Assembly (NCBI GenBank): GCA_947591505.1
Contig: CANQDM010000001.1
Span: 25,316 to 89,315 of the forward strand
Direction: 5' to 3'
From: an uncultured Bacilli bacterium
GTDB lineage: Bacteria; Bacillota_I; Bacilli_A; RF39; UBA660
DNA length: 64,000 nt
The notes beneath the pieces are model-generated. The model worked only from the letters and a program-made list of their open reading frames with translations, did not search any database and was not told where the DNA came from. Every line of letters starts with the position of its first letter. The stretch's first letter is position 1. Positions 21,432-30,907 of the stretch are shown one piece after another. The position numbers and the translations under genes were made by a program.

Positions 21432-22211
21432 TTATATTGGTAATAGTAATCTTAAAGCAAATTTCCATAAAGGCATTTTTTTAGAAATATTTAATCTAGG
21501 TAATTTTAAATTATCATCTTTAATATCAATTTTGCGATGGTTTTTATCTGGACCAAATGTAAATGCTAATTTAAAGTTATTATCTTTTAAGGCTTTAACA
21601 TAATCATCATTATATGCTCCAAACGGATATGCTAAATATCTAGTTTTATATACTTTATCCATCTTTTTAATATCATTGTTTACTTCTTCATAAGTTTTCT
21701 CGCCACGAATATGTAAATCATAAGTATGAGATGCTATTTCTATATTAGGATATTCTTTTTTTATTTTTTCTATAGTATCCATATTAAAATATTGTTCATT
21801 ATCACCATTTTCAACATATTTGCCAACAACAAAAACCACACCGTTCATATTATATTTCTTTAATATAGCAAAAGCATATTTATAATTATTATAATAACCA
21901 TCATCAAATGTAATTAAAACACTTTTATGACTCTTTTTACATTGTTTATTTTTCCAACAATTTAAATCTTTTAAGGTAAGTGATTTATAGCCCATTTTCT
22001 TTAACAATTTTATTTCCTCTTCAAATTTTTCTAAATCAATAATCATACTATCATTAGTAGCATTTTCTTTTTTTGGCAAAACAGCATGATATCCTAAAAC
22101 AGCAATTTTATTATCATTACCTATATAAATAGATGTTACTATTATACTTAATAATACTAATATAGACATTAAAATTATTATTGTTCTCTTTTTCATTAAT
22201 ACTTTCCTCAT
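21432..22211 (-). CDS. polysaccharide deacetylase (NodB homology domain), membrane anchored
   Basis: N-terminal TM, then the TFDDGY motif and a His-containing NodB block (ASHTYDLH). Confidence 0.8.
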   Translation of the reverse strand: MRKVLMKKRTIIILMSILVLLSIIVTSIYIGNDNKIAVLGYHAVLPKKENATNDSMIIDLEKFEEEIKLLKKMGYKSLTLKDLNCWKNKQCKKSHKSVLITFDDGYYNNYKYAFAILKKYNMNGVVFVVGKYVENGDNEQYFNMDTIEKIKKEYPNIEIASHTYDLHIRGEKTYEEVNNDIKKMDKVYKTRYLAYPFGAYNDDYVKALKDNNFKLAFTFGPDKNHRKIDIKDDNLKLPRLNISKKMPLWKFALRLLLPI

Positions 22212-22217
22212 TTTTTA

Positions 22218-23111
22218 TTACACATCATATATTTTATCTATTTGTTTTAGCTCATTAAAGGTATCTATTTCAATTATATCTTCAAAATGACATTCTCTAA
22301 TAGTAATTTTATAATTATTCTTTTTAACATCTAATTGTACTTGTTCCCAATATTTTTCTTTACCACCAGGAGATAAGTAAACTTCTTCAATATCTTGCGC
22401 TAATTTTTTACCATCTTCTTCATTATAATAAGATATACCTACCATTTGATAGCAGTTAATTCCCCCAATTTTTTCATTTACTATAATGTTATTTTTAACT
22501 TCTACACACCAATCTTCTGTTCTTGCAACTGGTATACCTAAAAAATTACTAGAATATTCATATTTTTGGATTAAATTAGGATTTGATAAATATAAATCGG
22601 ATTCTAAAACATAAGCATTTTCTAATAAATCTTTAGCAAGATAAGCAGATGATATATTATTAGCTTCATTATATTTAACATTTTCGATAAATTTAATATT
22701 AGGGTATTTATGTAATAATATTTCAAATTGTTCTCCTAAATAACCTCTTACAATATAGATTTCTTCAATCCCAGCTTTAACTACAGCATCAAGAAGTGTC
22801 TCAATAATTCTTTTACCATGAACAAGGACTAAAGGCTTGGGAGTATTTAGGGTAATTGGTACCATTCTAGAGCCAAAGCCTGCTGCTAAAAAGATAGCTC
22901 TTTTTACTCTATATGGTTCTAGTACTGCTAAACCTTTTTTAGTAATTGCATTATTTTCATCAATTAATTTTTCATTTAATAATTCATTAATTATTTTATT
23001 TACTAGCCCTACTGATATATTAGTAAAATTGGCAATATCTCTTTGCGATATTTTATTTTTATTTTTTTCAATTGTTACTAAAACATCAAATTGTTTTTTA
23101 GTTAGCTTCAT
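22218..23111 (-). CDS. winged-HTH domain fused to LicC-like sugar/alcohol-phosphate nucleotidyltransferase (CTP:phosphocholine cytidylyltransferase family)
   Basis: Residues 1-65 look like a MarR/wHTH fold (ISQRDIANFTNISVGLVNKIINEL). They are followed by AIFLAAGFGSRMVPITLNTPKPLV, the GxGxR nucleotidyltransferase motif, with a LicC-like remainder. Confidence 0.7.
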   Translation of the reverse strand: MKLTKKQFDVLVTIEKNKNKISQRDIANFTNISVGLVNKIINELLNEKLIDENNAITKKGLAVLEPYRVKRAIFLAAGFGSRMVPITLNTPKPLVLVHGKRIIETLLDAVVKAGIEEIYIVRGYLGEQFEILLHKYPNIKFIENVKYNEANNISSAYLAKDLLENAYVLESDLYLSNPNLIQKYEYSSNFLGIPVARTEDWCVEVKNNIIVNEKIGGINCYQMVGISYYNEEDGKKLAQDIEEVYLSPGGKEKYWEQVQLDVKKNNYKITIRECHFEDIIEIDTFNELKQIDKIYDV

Positions 23112-24687
23112 ACATATACTCCCTTCTATTATCTTTTCTATTTATTAAATATATAACTCCTTTTATTATAATATTAAATATTAAAATGATTAATGATATT
23201 ATTGCTGCTTCTCCTAGCATCATATTACCTTCATAATTATTAATTAATAAAGATAATGGCATTGTTCTTGTATTAAATAAGAAAGTGACTGCCGAAATAG
23301 TTATCATTGAGTTAACAAAGAAATAACTGAGCATTTCTCTAATTGTTTTTTTTGTACACGGAATAATAACATCTTTAATTATTTTAAATAAACTTATATT
23401 ACAAGTTTTAGCTACTACTTCATAATTAGGATTAACTTTTTGCATGGCATTATAGGCCATTAGATAAGGTGTTGCAATAAAGTGAATAATATTAACTAAA
23501 ATAAGAATAGTAAAAGTATTATAAATAAATGTGCCATTAAAACTAATAGTATAAGATAAACCTAAAACTATACCAGGTATAGCTAGAGAACATATAGTAA
23601 GTAAATGTAGTAATTTAACAAATTTATTTTTAACTCTAGCTGTAACATAAGCTGTAAAATAACTAATTATTGTCCCAAATATAGCTACCATTATTGAGAT
23701 AAATAAAGAATTAAAAATATAATCAGTTATACCACTAGCAAATACATAATTAATATGATTAAAAGAAAATCTATTATTTAAAACAACATTATCAACAAAA
23801 GCATAATAAATAAATGAACCAAGTAAAACAGTAATAAAAATTATTACAAAATATAAACCTATTTTAGTAAAAATATCTCGCAATTTATTTTGTCTAACAT
23901 GGTATTTTTTAGTCTCTCCATCACTACTTGTATAATCTTTAAAGAAGGTATCAAATAAGAATGATATTAAAGCTGGTATAAGTAAAAATAAACCAATCAT
24001 TGTTCCCTTAGAATAATTAAGTAGGCCAATTACTTCTTTGTATAGTAATACTGGTAATGTAATAAATTTACCACCAACAGCTAAAGGCACACCATAATCA
24101 GTAAATATCATCGTAAATACGGCAAAAAATGAAGATAATAAAGGTTTCTTTAAATAACATAATGTTACCTTTTTAAATGTTTGCCATTTATTAAGTCCTA
24201 GAATTTCTGCTGTATCATACATATTATTATCAATATAATTATAACCATCATCAATAATTAAAAAGGCAATTGGAAAAGAATAAATAACTGAACCCATAAT
24301 TATACCTAAACTACCAATGATATTAAAATTAAATATTCGAGAAATTATTCCATTAGTACCAAATAAATTTATTAAACCTAGACCATGAGATATTGATGGT
24401 ATTAACATCGGCAGTGTTATTAATAATTTTAAAATCGATTTATGTTTAATATTAGTTCTATTTAAAGTAAAAGATAAAAAGAATGCTAGTAATACTGATA
24501 TAACTGTAGCAATACTAGTTACAAATAATGAATTAAACATAGCTTCTTTAAATGCCCCAGATGTAATTAGATTTTGAAAACTATTATTACTAAAATCAAT
24601 TTGTAATAACATATTTATTAAAGGAAATACTACAGATATTAATAAAAATATAAAAATAAAGATACTTAATTTACTTCTCTTTTGCAT
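23098..24687 (-). CDS. ABC importer permease, fused two-domain type (ThiP/FbpB/PhnUV-like)
   Basis: 529 aa with two EAA-loop-containing ABC TM type-1 halves. Confidence 0.75.
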   Translation of the reverse strand: MQKRSKLSIFIFIFLLISVVFPLINMLLQIDFSNNSFQNLITSGAFKEAMFNSLFVTSIATVISVLLAFFLSFTLNRTNIKHKSILKLLITLPMLIPSISHGLGLINLFGTNGIISRIFNFNIIGSLGIIMGSVIYSFPIAFLIIDDGYNYIDNNMYDTAEILGLNKWQTFKKVTLCYLKKPLLSSFFAVFTMIFTDYGVPLAVGGKFITLPVLLYKEVIGLLNYSKGTMIGLFLLIPALISFLFDTFFKDYTSSDGETKKYHVRQNKLRDIFTKIGLYFVIIFITVLLGSFIYYAFVDNVVLNNRFSFNHINYVFASGITDYIFNSLFISIMVAIFGTIISYFTAYVTARVKNKFVKLLHLLTICSLAIPGIVLGLSYTISFNGTFIYNTFTILILVNIIHFIATPYLMAYNAMQKVNPNYEVVAKTCNISLFKIIKDVIIPCTKKTIREMLSYFFVNSMITISAVTFLFNTRTMPLSLLINNYEGNMMLGEAAIISLIILIFNIIIKGVIYLINRKDNRREYMYEAN

Positions 24688-25448
24688 TATAAATCAATCC
24701 CTGTACATTTTTCTATTGATCTTACTTTTTCGACTAAATGATCTTGAACAAATGATTTAACATAATCATTTATTGGCTTATTAAATATATTATGAGGAGT
24801 ATCTATTTGTTCAATATTTCCCTCTTTCATAATCATAACTCGATCAGATAATGAGAAGGCTTCTTCTTGATCATGGGTAATAAAAATCATCGTAGTATTA
24901 AACTTCTTTTGGATTTCTTTTAATTCTTTTTTCAAGATTAATTTATTATCAGCATCTAATGCCGATAAGGCTTCATCAAATAAAATTATATCAGGATTTA
25001 ATGCGAGCGTTCTTGCAATTGCTACTCTTTGCATTTGACCACCAGAAAGCTCATGGGGATATTTATTTAAATGTTCTTCCATATTTAACATTTTTAAAAT
25101 ATCTAAGCTTTTTTCTTCGGCTTTTTTCTTATTTTTTAATTTTATATTTAAAGCATACATAACATTATTTAAAACTGTCATATTAGGAAATAAAGCATAG
25201 TTTTGAAAAACTATGCCCATATTTCTTTTAGCGGGATCTAATTTATTAATATTCTTACCATTTTTAATAATTTCACCACTATCTAATGTTTCAATACCAA
25301 TAAGTATTTTTAAAAGTGTTGTTTTACCACAGCCAGATGGCCCTAAAATAGATAAGAATTCACCATCATTAACAGTAAAAGAAATATTATTTAGAACAGT
25401 TTTTTTATTGTATGTCTTGCTTAAGTTTTTAACTTCAAGACTAACCAT
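24687..25448 (-). CDS. ABC transporter ATP-binding protein (short PotA/ThiQ-like, no C-terminal regulatory domain)
   Basis: Walker A GPSGCGKTT, signature LSGGQMQR, Walker B ILFDEALSALD; 253 aa. Confidence 0.9.
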   Translation of the reverse strand: MVSLEVKNLSKTYNKKTVLNNISFTVNDGEFLSILGPSGCGKTTLLKILIGIETLDSGEIIKNGKNINKLDPAKRNMGIVFQNYALFPNMTVLNNVMYALNIKLKNKKKAEEKSLDILKMLNMEEHLNKYPHELSGGQMQRVAIARTLALNPDIILFDEALSALDADNKLILKKELKEIQKKFNTTMIFITHDQEEAFSLSDRVMIMKEGNIEQIDTPHNIFNKPINDYVKSFVQDHLVEKVRSIEKCTGIDL

Positions 25449-26421
25449 TTACCTCACTACTCCATTTTTCTGTTAATTCATCTTTTAGTTTGTTATCATC
25501 TATGCCTTTCATATCAGCCATTTTTAAATCAGTTGGATAATTATCAACATTATTTTTTTGATTTTTTAAAATAACATCAGGCATAAAATTTTCTTTATCA
25601 TATTTATTAAAATCATTTAAAATCCATTCAAATACTTCTTTTAAATGTTCTTTATTTTCTCTATTCTTAATAATAGAAATTGATGTTGTATTATAAGGCG
25701 CACCAGTCTTTAAAGTAACAATTTTAAAATCATACCCATCATTAATATCTTTAGCGCCTTGAGATGTCATACCCATCGCAATAGCAATTTCGCCTTGTTT
25801 AAGTAAGTTTGTTGGACCAGATCCTGATGTAGTAAATTCACGAACATTACTTTTTAACTTTTTAAAATAAGCTAAGGCATCTTTTTCACCCATAATATTT
25901 ACGGCATTTAAATAAAAGGCATAACCCGTACCAGAAGTTGATGGATCTGGCATAGAAATTAAATTCTTATAATCTTTTTTTAATAAATCTTCATAAGTTT
26001 CAGGTACATCTAATTTATGTTCTTTAAAATATTTGTTATCTATTATTAGATTCATAGTGTATTTATCCCAAATATAATATTTGTTAGAACTAATAACACC
26101 ATCTTCATAAATATCAGTACTAAAATCTGATAAATCTGCAAAATAATCTTTTAAATTTTCCATATGTGATGTTTCTAAACCTAGTATAATATCAGCCTCA
26201 ATATTTTCTTTTTCATTTTCTATTTTAGCCGCTACATTACCAGTAGCCATTTGTTGAACTACAATGTTCAAATCTGGAAACTTTTCTTTAATTTGTTCTT
26301 TTAAAGCTTGATTCCTTTCTTCTTCCATTGATGAATATATAACTATTGATTCACTCTTACCACAACCAGCTATTAACATTGTTAAAAATAGCCCCATAAT
26401 TATTGCAAACACTTTTTTCAT
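25441..26421 (-). CDS. ABC importer substrate-binding lipoprotein (ThiB/FbpA/PhnS/PotD-like cluster)
   Basis: Lipobox LIAGCGK. IVIYSS...KFPDLNIVV fits the iron/thiamine/aminoethylphosphonate SBP pattern. Confidence 0.75.
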   Translation of the reverse strand: MKKVFAIIMGLFLTMLIAGCGKSESIVIYSSMEEERNQALKEQIKEKFPDLNIVVQQMATGNVAAKIENEKENIEADIILGLETSHMENLKDYFADLSDFSTDIYEDGVISSNKYYIWDKYTMNLIIDNKYFKEHKLDVPETYEDLLKKDYKNLISMPDPSTSGTGYAFYLNAVNIMGEKDALAYFKKLKSNVREFTTSGSGPTNLLKQGEIAIAMGMTSQGAKDINDGYDFKIVTLKTGAPYNTTSISIIKNRENKEHLKEVFEWILNDFNKYDKENFMPDVILKNQKNNVDNYPTDLKMADMKGIDDNKLKDELTEKWSSEVNG

Positions 26422-26446
26422 AGTTCACTCCCCGTTCAATATAACT

Positions 26447-26475
26447 ACTATATCGCAAAAAAATGAACACGTCAA
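26447..26475 (-). promoter_or_regulatory. sigma-A-like promoter of the ABC-LicC-deacetylase operon (-35 TTGACG, 17-nt spacer, -10 TATAGT)
   Basis: Read on the minus strand. Positioned ~25 nt upstream of the RBS GGGGAG of the SBP gene. Confidence 0.45.
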
Positions 26476-26479
26476 CCAT

Positions 26480-26512
26480 TAGATAAAAAAAGAAAGATTT
26501 TTCACTTTCTTT
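26480..26512 (-). terminator. Rho-independent terminator of the cadherin-like protein gene (hairpin AAAGAAAG-loop-CTTTCTTT plus U-tract), overlapping its stop codon
   Basis: Inverted repeat followed by T-run on the minus strand. Confidence 0.5.
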
Positions 26513-27965
26513 TGCGTTTTTTTCTTTTTCTATCCTCTTCTAAAATATTATATTCTTCTTCGTCCTCTTCATCATTAACAACTTCTATTTCGTTAACATC
26601 TTTTTCTTCAACTGCTTCTTCTATTTCTTTCTTTTTATTTTTCTTTTCTTTTGGCTTTTCTTCATCTAATATAGAATCATTTGCCAATTTATTCTTTTTT
26701 CTTTTGTTCATATTTAAAGTAATAATACAAATTAGAGATAAGAATAGACCAACACCAAAGGCAATAATAACATAGAAATATAAATTGTTTTGTTTAAGAA
26801 GAGCATCAGTTAATTCTTGATCATATAATGTAAATGTCTTATTAACTGTATCATAAGTATAAAAATCTTTTTTACCAGTAGCAACATTCATCCCATAAAC
26901 AACATAGAATTTAGAATTATCATTAAGTCTAAATACTTCATAATTTTGACCATCTATTTTAACATTTGCTTTAGTAAGTTTATCTAACTTGCCATCATAA
27001 TTTAAAATGACAATATTTAAACTAGTCCCTACTATTTCTTTATACTTAGTATATTTACCATTATTATAAATAAAGTTTACTATTTTACCTTCGCTATCTT
27101 TTAGTCCTACTAAAGTATAATTTATTTTATCATTATGACATGCGGGAATAGTAAATTCCCCAATTGTAACTTCACTTTCCGCATACAAGGAAGGACAAGT
27201 ATAGTTTTCTCTTAATTTAATTACAGTATAATCTACGCCAGCATCACTTACATTAATGGGATGTTCGTCAATTACATTAACAATTAAATTATAAGTTTTT
27301 TCACTACCATTTTCCGCTCTTACAACAATTTTTATATTATTAGCGCCTTCAACTAATTCAACTTCACCAGCACCACTTACTGATGCTCTGCTATCATTTT
27401 TAGTAGCTTTAATATTTACTGTCTTAGTACCTTCTGGAACCGTTACAGAATAATCTAAAACATCTTTTTTAAACTCTGGTGTTATTTCAAAGCCTTCTAC
27501 TTCTAAACCCTTTAAATTATTATCTTTAGAATAAGATGCTTCTAATTCTTTTTGGGTAATAATTGAAATAGTTTTAGAACCAGGACTTAAAGTTATAGCA
27601 CTTTCATCAGTTGCATATGCTTCATAATTACTTATTTTTAAATTAGTTGAGCCTGATTTTTTTGCTTGAAATGTAAATGTATATTTTTTAGAACTAACTC
27701 CAGTTGCAACTGAATCAACCATTTTATTGCCACCAAATTCAGTTGATGCTGAAGTTAATTGTAAATAATTGCTATCATAATCTAAAGACATTGACCAACT
27801 ACCAATAGATACATCACTAGACAAAGTAACAGTAACTGTTACCTTATTACCAACTACTACTTTATTAGTACTACTAATGGTAACTGATCCTGATGCTGCA
27901 TTTGTTATAAGTGGTAAAGCAAAAGCAGCAATTAATGTCAATAATAATAATCTTATTTTTTTCAT
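26502..27965 (-). CDS. cell-surface protein with cadherin-like beta-sandwich domain(s), C-terminal TM anchor and poly-Lys/Arg tail
   Basis: Signal peptide, Ig-like segments (LKGLEVEGFEITPEFKKDVLDYSVTV...YNLIVNV), C-terminal hydrophobic helix, then a KRKKRKRK tail. Confidence 0.55.
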   Translation of the reverse strand: MKKIRLLLLTLIAAFALPLITNAASGSVTISSTNKVVVGNKVTVTVTLSSDVSIGSWSMSLDYDSNYLQLTSASTEFGGNKMVDSVATGVSSKKYTFTFQAKKSGSTNLKISNYEAYATDESAITLSPGSKTISIITQKELEASYSKDNNLKGLEVEGFEITPEFKKDVLDYSVTVPEGTKTVNIKATKNDSRASVSGAGEVELVEGANNIKIVVRAENGSEKTYNLIVNVIDEHPINVSDAGVDYTVIKLRENYTCPSLYAESEVTIGEFTIPACHNDKINYTLVGLKDSEGKIVNFIYNNGKYTKYKEIVGTSLNIVILNYDGKLDKLTKANVKIDGQNYEVFRLNDNSKFYVVYGMNVATGKKDFYTYDTVNKTFTLYDQELTDALLKQNNLYFYVIIAFGVGLFLSLICIITLNMNKRKKNKLANDSILDEEKPKEKKNKKKEIEEAVEEKDVNEIEVVNDEEDEEEYNILEEDRKRKKRKRK

Positions 27966-27985
27966 AAAATTTCCTTTCTATATTT

Positions 27986-29704
27986 TTATTGATTAATACT
28001 GGAAATACCAGCAATACTTTTTTGAACTTGTAATAAATCTAGGGCATTTATTTTTCCATCTCCTGATGTATCACCAGCTAAAGATTTTGCACCGCTCAAA
28101 GAATAAATGCCAGCAATATTCTTTTGTACTTGTAGTAAATCTAGAGCATTTATTTTTCCATCTCCTGATGTATCACCATGAATTATTACTGTTAAAGTTT
28201 CATTTGTTTCCGCATTTTTTACTGTTATTTTATAACCAGTCCCAATAATACCATCACTAACTGCATTACCATCGACATTTTTTATTGTTACTGAATTTGC
28301 TCCTGCTATACTTTCAATTGTGTTTTTTACATTTTTAATACTCGTATCAGCATTTATGCCAGAAATATATCCACTTGAATATTTATAACCACTACTAACT
28401 ATTATAGTACTTATAGCAAGTTTTGATGGATCAGTACTATCTGGAGTGGAAACAGCGCCACTATTAACTGTATAGTTTGAATTATCCATATTATTATATA
28501 TAGGAATATAGAAAACAAAACTATTAGACAATAATCCAAGTTTACTATATGAATTATAAGTTGATTTAGCTTCACTAGATGGGGCTTGAATATTAGTCAT
28601 ATATTGATGACTATATACATTTCCATTATTTGGAACTACATTATATTTTTGCAAATATCCAGAGTATTGACCAGCTTGAATATATGAAGAATAAATACTA
28701 TCAGCACCGCCTTTTAAAGCATTTTCTAATCCTTTCCAATTATGATTTTTAGCATAAGCTAATCCACATTCCGTTGGACTTTTGCCAGTAGCACATGTAT
28801 CACTAACACCATAATTATAAAAATTATAATAGTCTTCATAACCAGGATATACGCCACTATATAAATTATATTCGCTTGTCTTGGCTCCTAGTTCTTGTAA
28901 TACTCTGCTAGCAATAAAAACAGGGCTTACTTTAGATTTTTTACCAGCATTAACTAAAGCACCACCAAAATCATGATTCAATTCAACATGATATTTATAG
29001 AACGCTGCATGATCTATAACATCTATTGCAGCAGGTTTATAAGCATTTGTCAATTTATCGTTATAACTTAAATGTTCAAATTGAAAAATATATTTTTCAT
29101 TAAGCCAATTACGAGGATCCATATAATAAGCTACTGCAGTTGAAGAGGCTGGATACCAACTTTTAGAATATGGATTTTTACAAGATTTATCAATATTTGA
29201 AGGATCACTATTTTCAATATAACTTGTACCACATTCACTTTCTTTATTAACTGCAGTACTCCAATCAAGGCCAGTTAAAACAGCTTTAAAGTCCCAATTA
29301 GGGTATTTACTTTTAAGTTCACATAATCCTGGCCAATAAGTGGCAGGAAATCCAGCAATTGAAAATTCTTTTTCACAATTAGTAGTTGGATTTACATTAT
29401 ATACCAATTCTTTTTTTTCAACATATTTACTACAAACATAACCTGAAGCACTTGCCTCATAATAAATTTTATACCATCCACCACTGCAACCTTTTTCATC
29501 TTTATATAATTCATCACTAACCATATTATATTCAGCATTTTTTACTAAAGTTTTTACACTACTATAATTAGTTCCGGGACCTTGTCTTAAATAAACCCCT
29601 GAACCAGTTATTTTTGCGCGATAAGACATAGCATAACTAATATTTACATTAATCATAAACAAAATAGCAAATAAACAAATATACTTTAAATACTTCTTTT
29701 GCAT
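27986..29704 (-). CDS. secreted SH3b-domain cell-wall hydrolase-like protein (glucosaminidase-like core) with C-terminal tandem dockerin-type Ca-binding repeats
   Basis: Signal peptide, then an SH3b-like block (YRAKITGSGVYLRQGPGTNYSS...GWYKIYY). Central domain contains ASRVLQELGA. The C-terminus has two copies of GDTSGDGKINALDLLQVQK(N/S)IAGI, matching the dockerin D-x-x-x-D-G-x-I-N-x-x-D loop plus helix. Confidence 0.55.
   Translation of the reverse strand: MQKKYLKYICLFAILFMINVNISYAMSYRAKITGSGVYLRQGPGTNYSSVKTLVKNAEYNMVSDELYKDEKGCSGGWYKIYYEASASGYVCSKYVEKKELVYNVNPTTNCEKEFSIAGFPATYWPGLCELKSKYPNWDFKAVLTGLDWSTAVNKESECGTSYIENSDPSNIDKSCKNPYSKSWYPASSTAVAYYMDPRNWLNEKYIFQFEHLSYNDKLTNAYKPAAIDVIDHAAFYKYHVELNHDFGGALVNAGKKSKVSPVFIASRVLQELGAKTSEYNLYSGVYPGYEDYYNFYNYGVSDTCATGKSPTECGLAYAKNHNWKGLENALKGGADSIYSSYIQAGQYSGYLQKYNVVPNNGNVYSHQYMTNIQAPSSEAKSTYNSYSKLGLLSNSFVFYIPIYNNMDNSNYTVNSGAVSTPDSTDPSKLAISTIIVSSGYKYSSGYISGINADTSIKNVKNTIESIAGANSVTIKNVDGNAVSDGIIGTGYKITVKNAETNETLTVIIHGDTSGDGKINALDLLQVQKNIAGIYSLSGAKSLAGDTSGDGKINALDLLQVQKSIAGISSINQ
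28040..28200. repeat. near-identical tandem DNA duplication (~70-bp unit) encoding the two dockerin segments
   Basis: ...gtaataaatctagggcatttatttttccatctcctgatgtatcacca... recurs as ...gtagtaaatctagagcatttatttttccatctcctgatgtatcacca... Confidence 0.7.
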
Positions 29705-29867
29705 ATTCTATGCCTACTTTCTTATATTATTTTACCATAAATTTTGATGTATTTTGTCAATTTGCAATAATTATTGTCAAATCTTTTCATAATATTGACA
29801 TATTTACTCTATATTTTTTATATATTTTATATTATAATAGCATTATTAAAAGAAAAGGGAGATAGTT

Positions 29868-30209
29868 ATGGGCAAAACATTTGATGGTATTGATATATTT
29901 TTCATTGTACTTATTTCCATTTATCTAATTGTTCTCGTTTTATTTATTACAATCTTTATATGCAATTATTATGAAGTTAAAATCAATTTAAAACCAACTA
30001 AGAATAAAAACAATAAAGCAAAAAATAATGCCAAGCAAACTAAAAAAAGTAGTAAAACATCTAATAATAAAAAAGCTACTTCTACTAATAAAAAGAAAAA
30101 AAATAATAAAAAAACTACCAAGACTACCAATAAAAAGAAAAATTATAAAGCTAATGTTTCTTATGTTAAAAATAATCCAAAAAAGAAAGAGAGAAAAACA
30201 ACTAAATAG
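29868..30209 (+). CDS. small membrane-anchored lysine/asparagine-rich protein (hypothetical)
   Basis: 113 aa. Strong RBS AAGGGAG, N-terminal TM helix, K/N/T-rich tail. Confidence 0.4.
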   Translation: MGKTFDGIDIFFIVLISIYLIVLVLFITIFICNYYEVKINLKPTKNKNNKAKNNAKQTKKSSKTSNNKKATSTNKKKKNNKKTTKTTNKKKNYKANVSYVKNNPKKKERKTTK

Positions 30210-30834
30210 TTTTCTCTCTTTTTATCTCTTTAGTTTCTCTATTTAATGCTTTGGCTAAATACTCACCATTAACACTAAAATGAATTAATAAATCTAATAT
30301 ATCTTCTCTATCTTTTACTAGAGGAATAACTTTTTCTAATGGTAAAGTATTAATTAACATTAAATAATATATTATTTCTTGAACAAGTTTTATACCATTC
30401 TCATCAATAAAAGTATTTTCTAAATATTCTTGCCATTCAGGTAGTAATTCCATTTTTACCCCTATATGAGAATTCACTAATAATATATTATCAATAGTAT
30501 TGTTTACTTCTTTACTACTACTAGTTTTTTTAACAATTTCTAATTGTGGTTCTTTTTCTTCAACTTTTTCTGAAACCATTTTATTATTAATTGGATATTC
30601 TTCTAAATCAGCTAATTTTTTATCACAAATCATAGGAATAAAAATTAAACCATTCATACCTACAGCAAATGCTATAGGAAATCCCAAAACATTAAGAATA
30701 TTTAAACCATTTACTCCGCTATAATTTCCTAAACTAATTCCACAACCAACTATAGAACAAAATATTAAAAAGCCATTACAAAATGCACTACTCTTAATAA
30801 TATTCAATATTTTCTTTTTTTTCTCTTTATTCAT
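30202..30834 (-). CDS. hypothetical membrane protein
   Basis: 210 aa. RBS AAGGGGGA 7 nt upstream. Two N-terminal TM segments. Confidence 0.5.
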   Translation of the reverse strand: MNKEKKKKILNIIKSSAFCNGFLIFCSIVGCGISLGNYSGVNGLNILNVLGFPIAFAVGMNGLIFIPMICDKKLADLEEYPINNKMVSEKVEEKEPQLEIVKKTSSSKEVNNTIDNILLVNSHIGVKMELLPEWQEYLENTFIDENGIKLVQEIIYYLMLINTLPLEKVIPLVKDREDILDLLIHFSVNGEYLAKALNRETKEIKREKTI

Positions 30835-30907
30835 AAAAAAATCCCCCTTTGGAATTAGGAGTTATTATAGCACAATCAAATATTTTGTCAATTTTATTTG
30901 TTACCAA

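Noticed and set aside
26422-26501. TPP (THI-box) riboswitch upstream of the ThiB-like substrate-binding protein gene
   Set aside because: The leader is only ~80 nt and has no CUGAGA / ACCUGAUCUGGAUAAUGCCAGCG-type THI-box elements. A plain sigma-A promoter plus RBS accounts for it.
29705-29867. Direct repeats TTGTCAA...TTGTCAA...TTGACAT in the divergent intergenic region as a specific regulator operator
   Set aside because: Short AT-rich hexamer recurrences are expected by chance at this composition. They are more simply read as overlapping -35-like elements of divergent promoters. Not strong enough to call.
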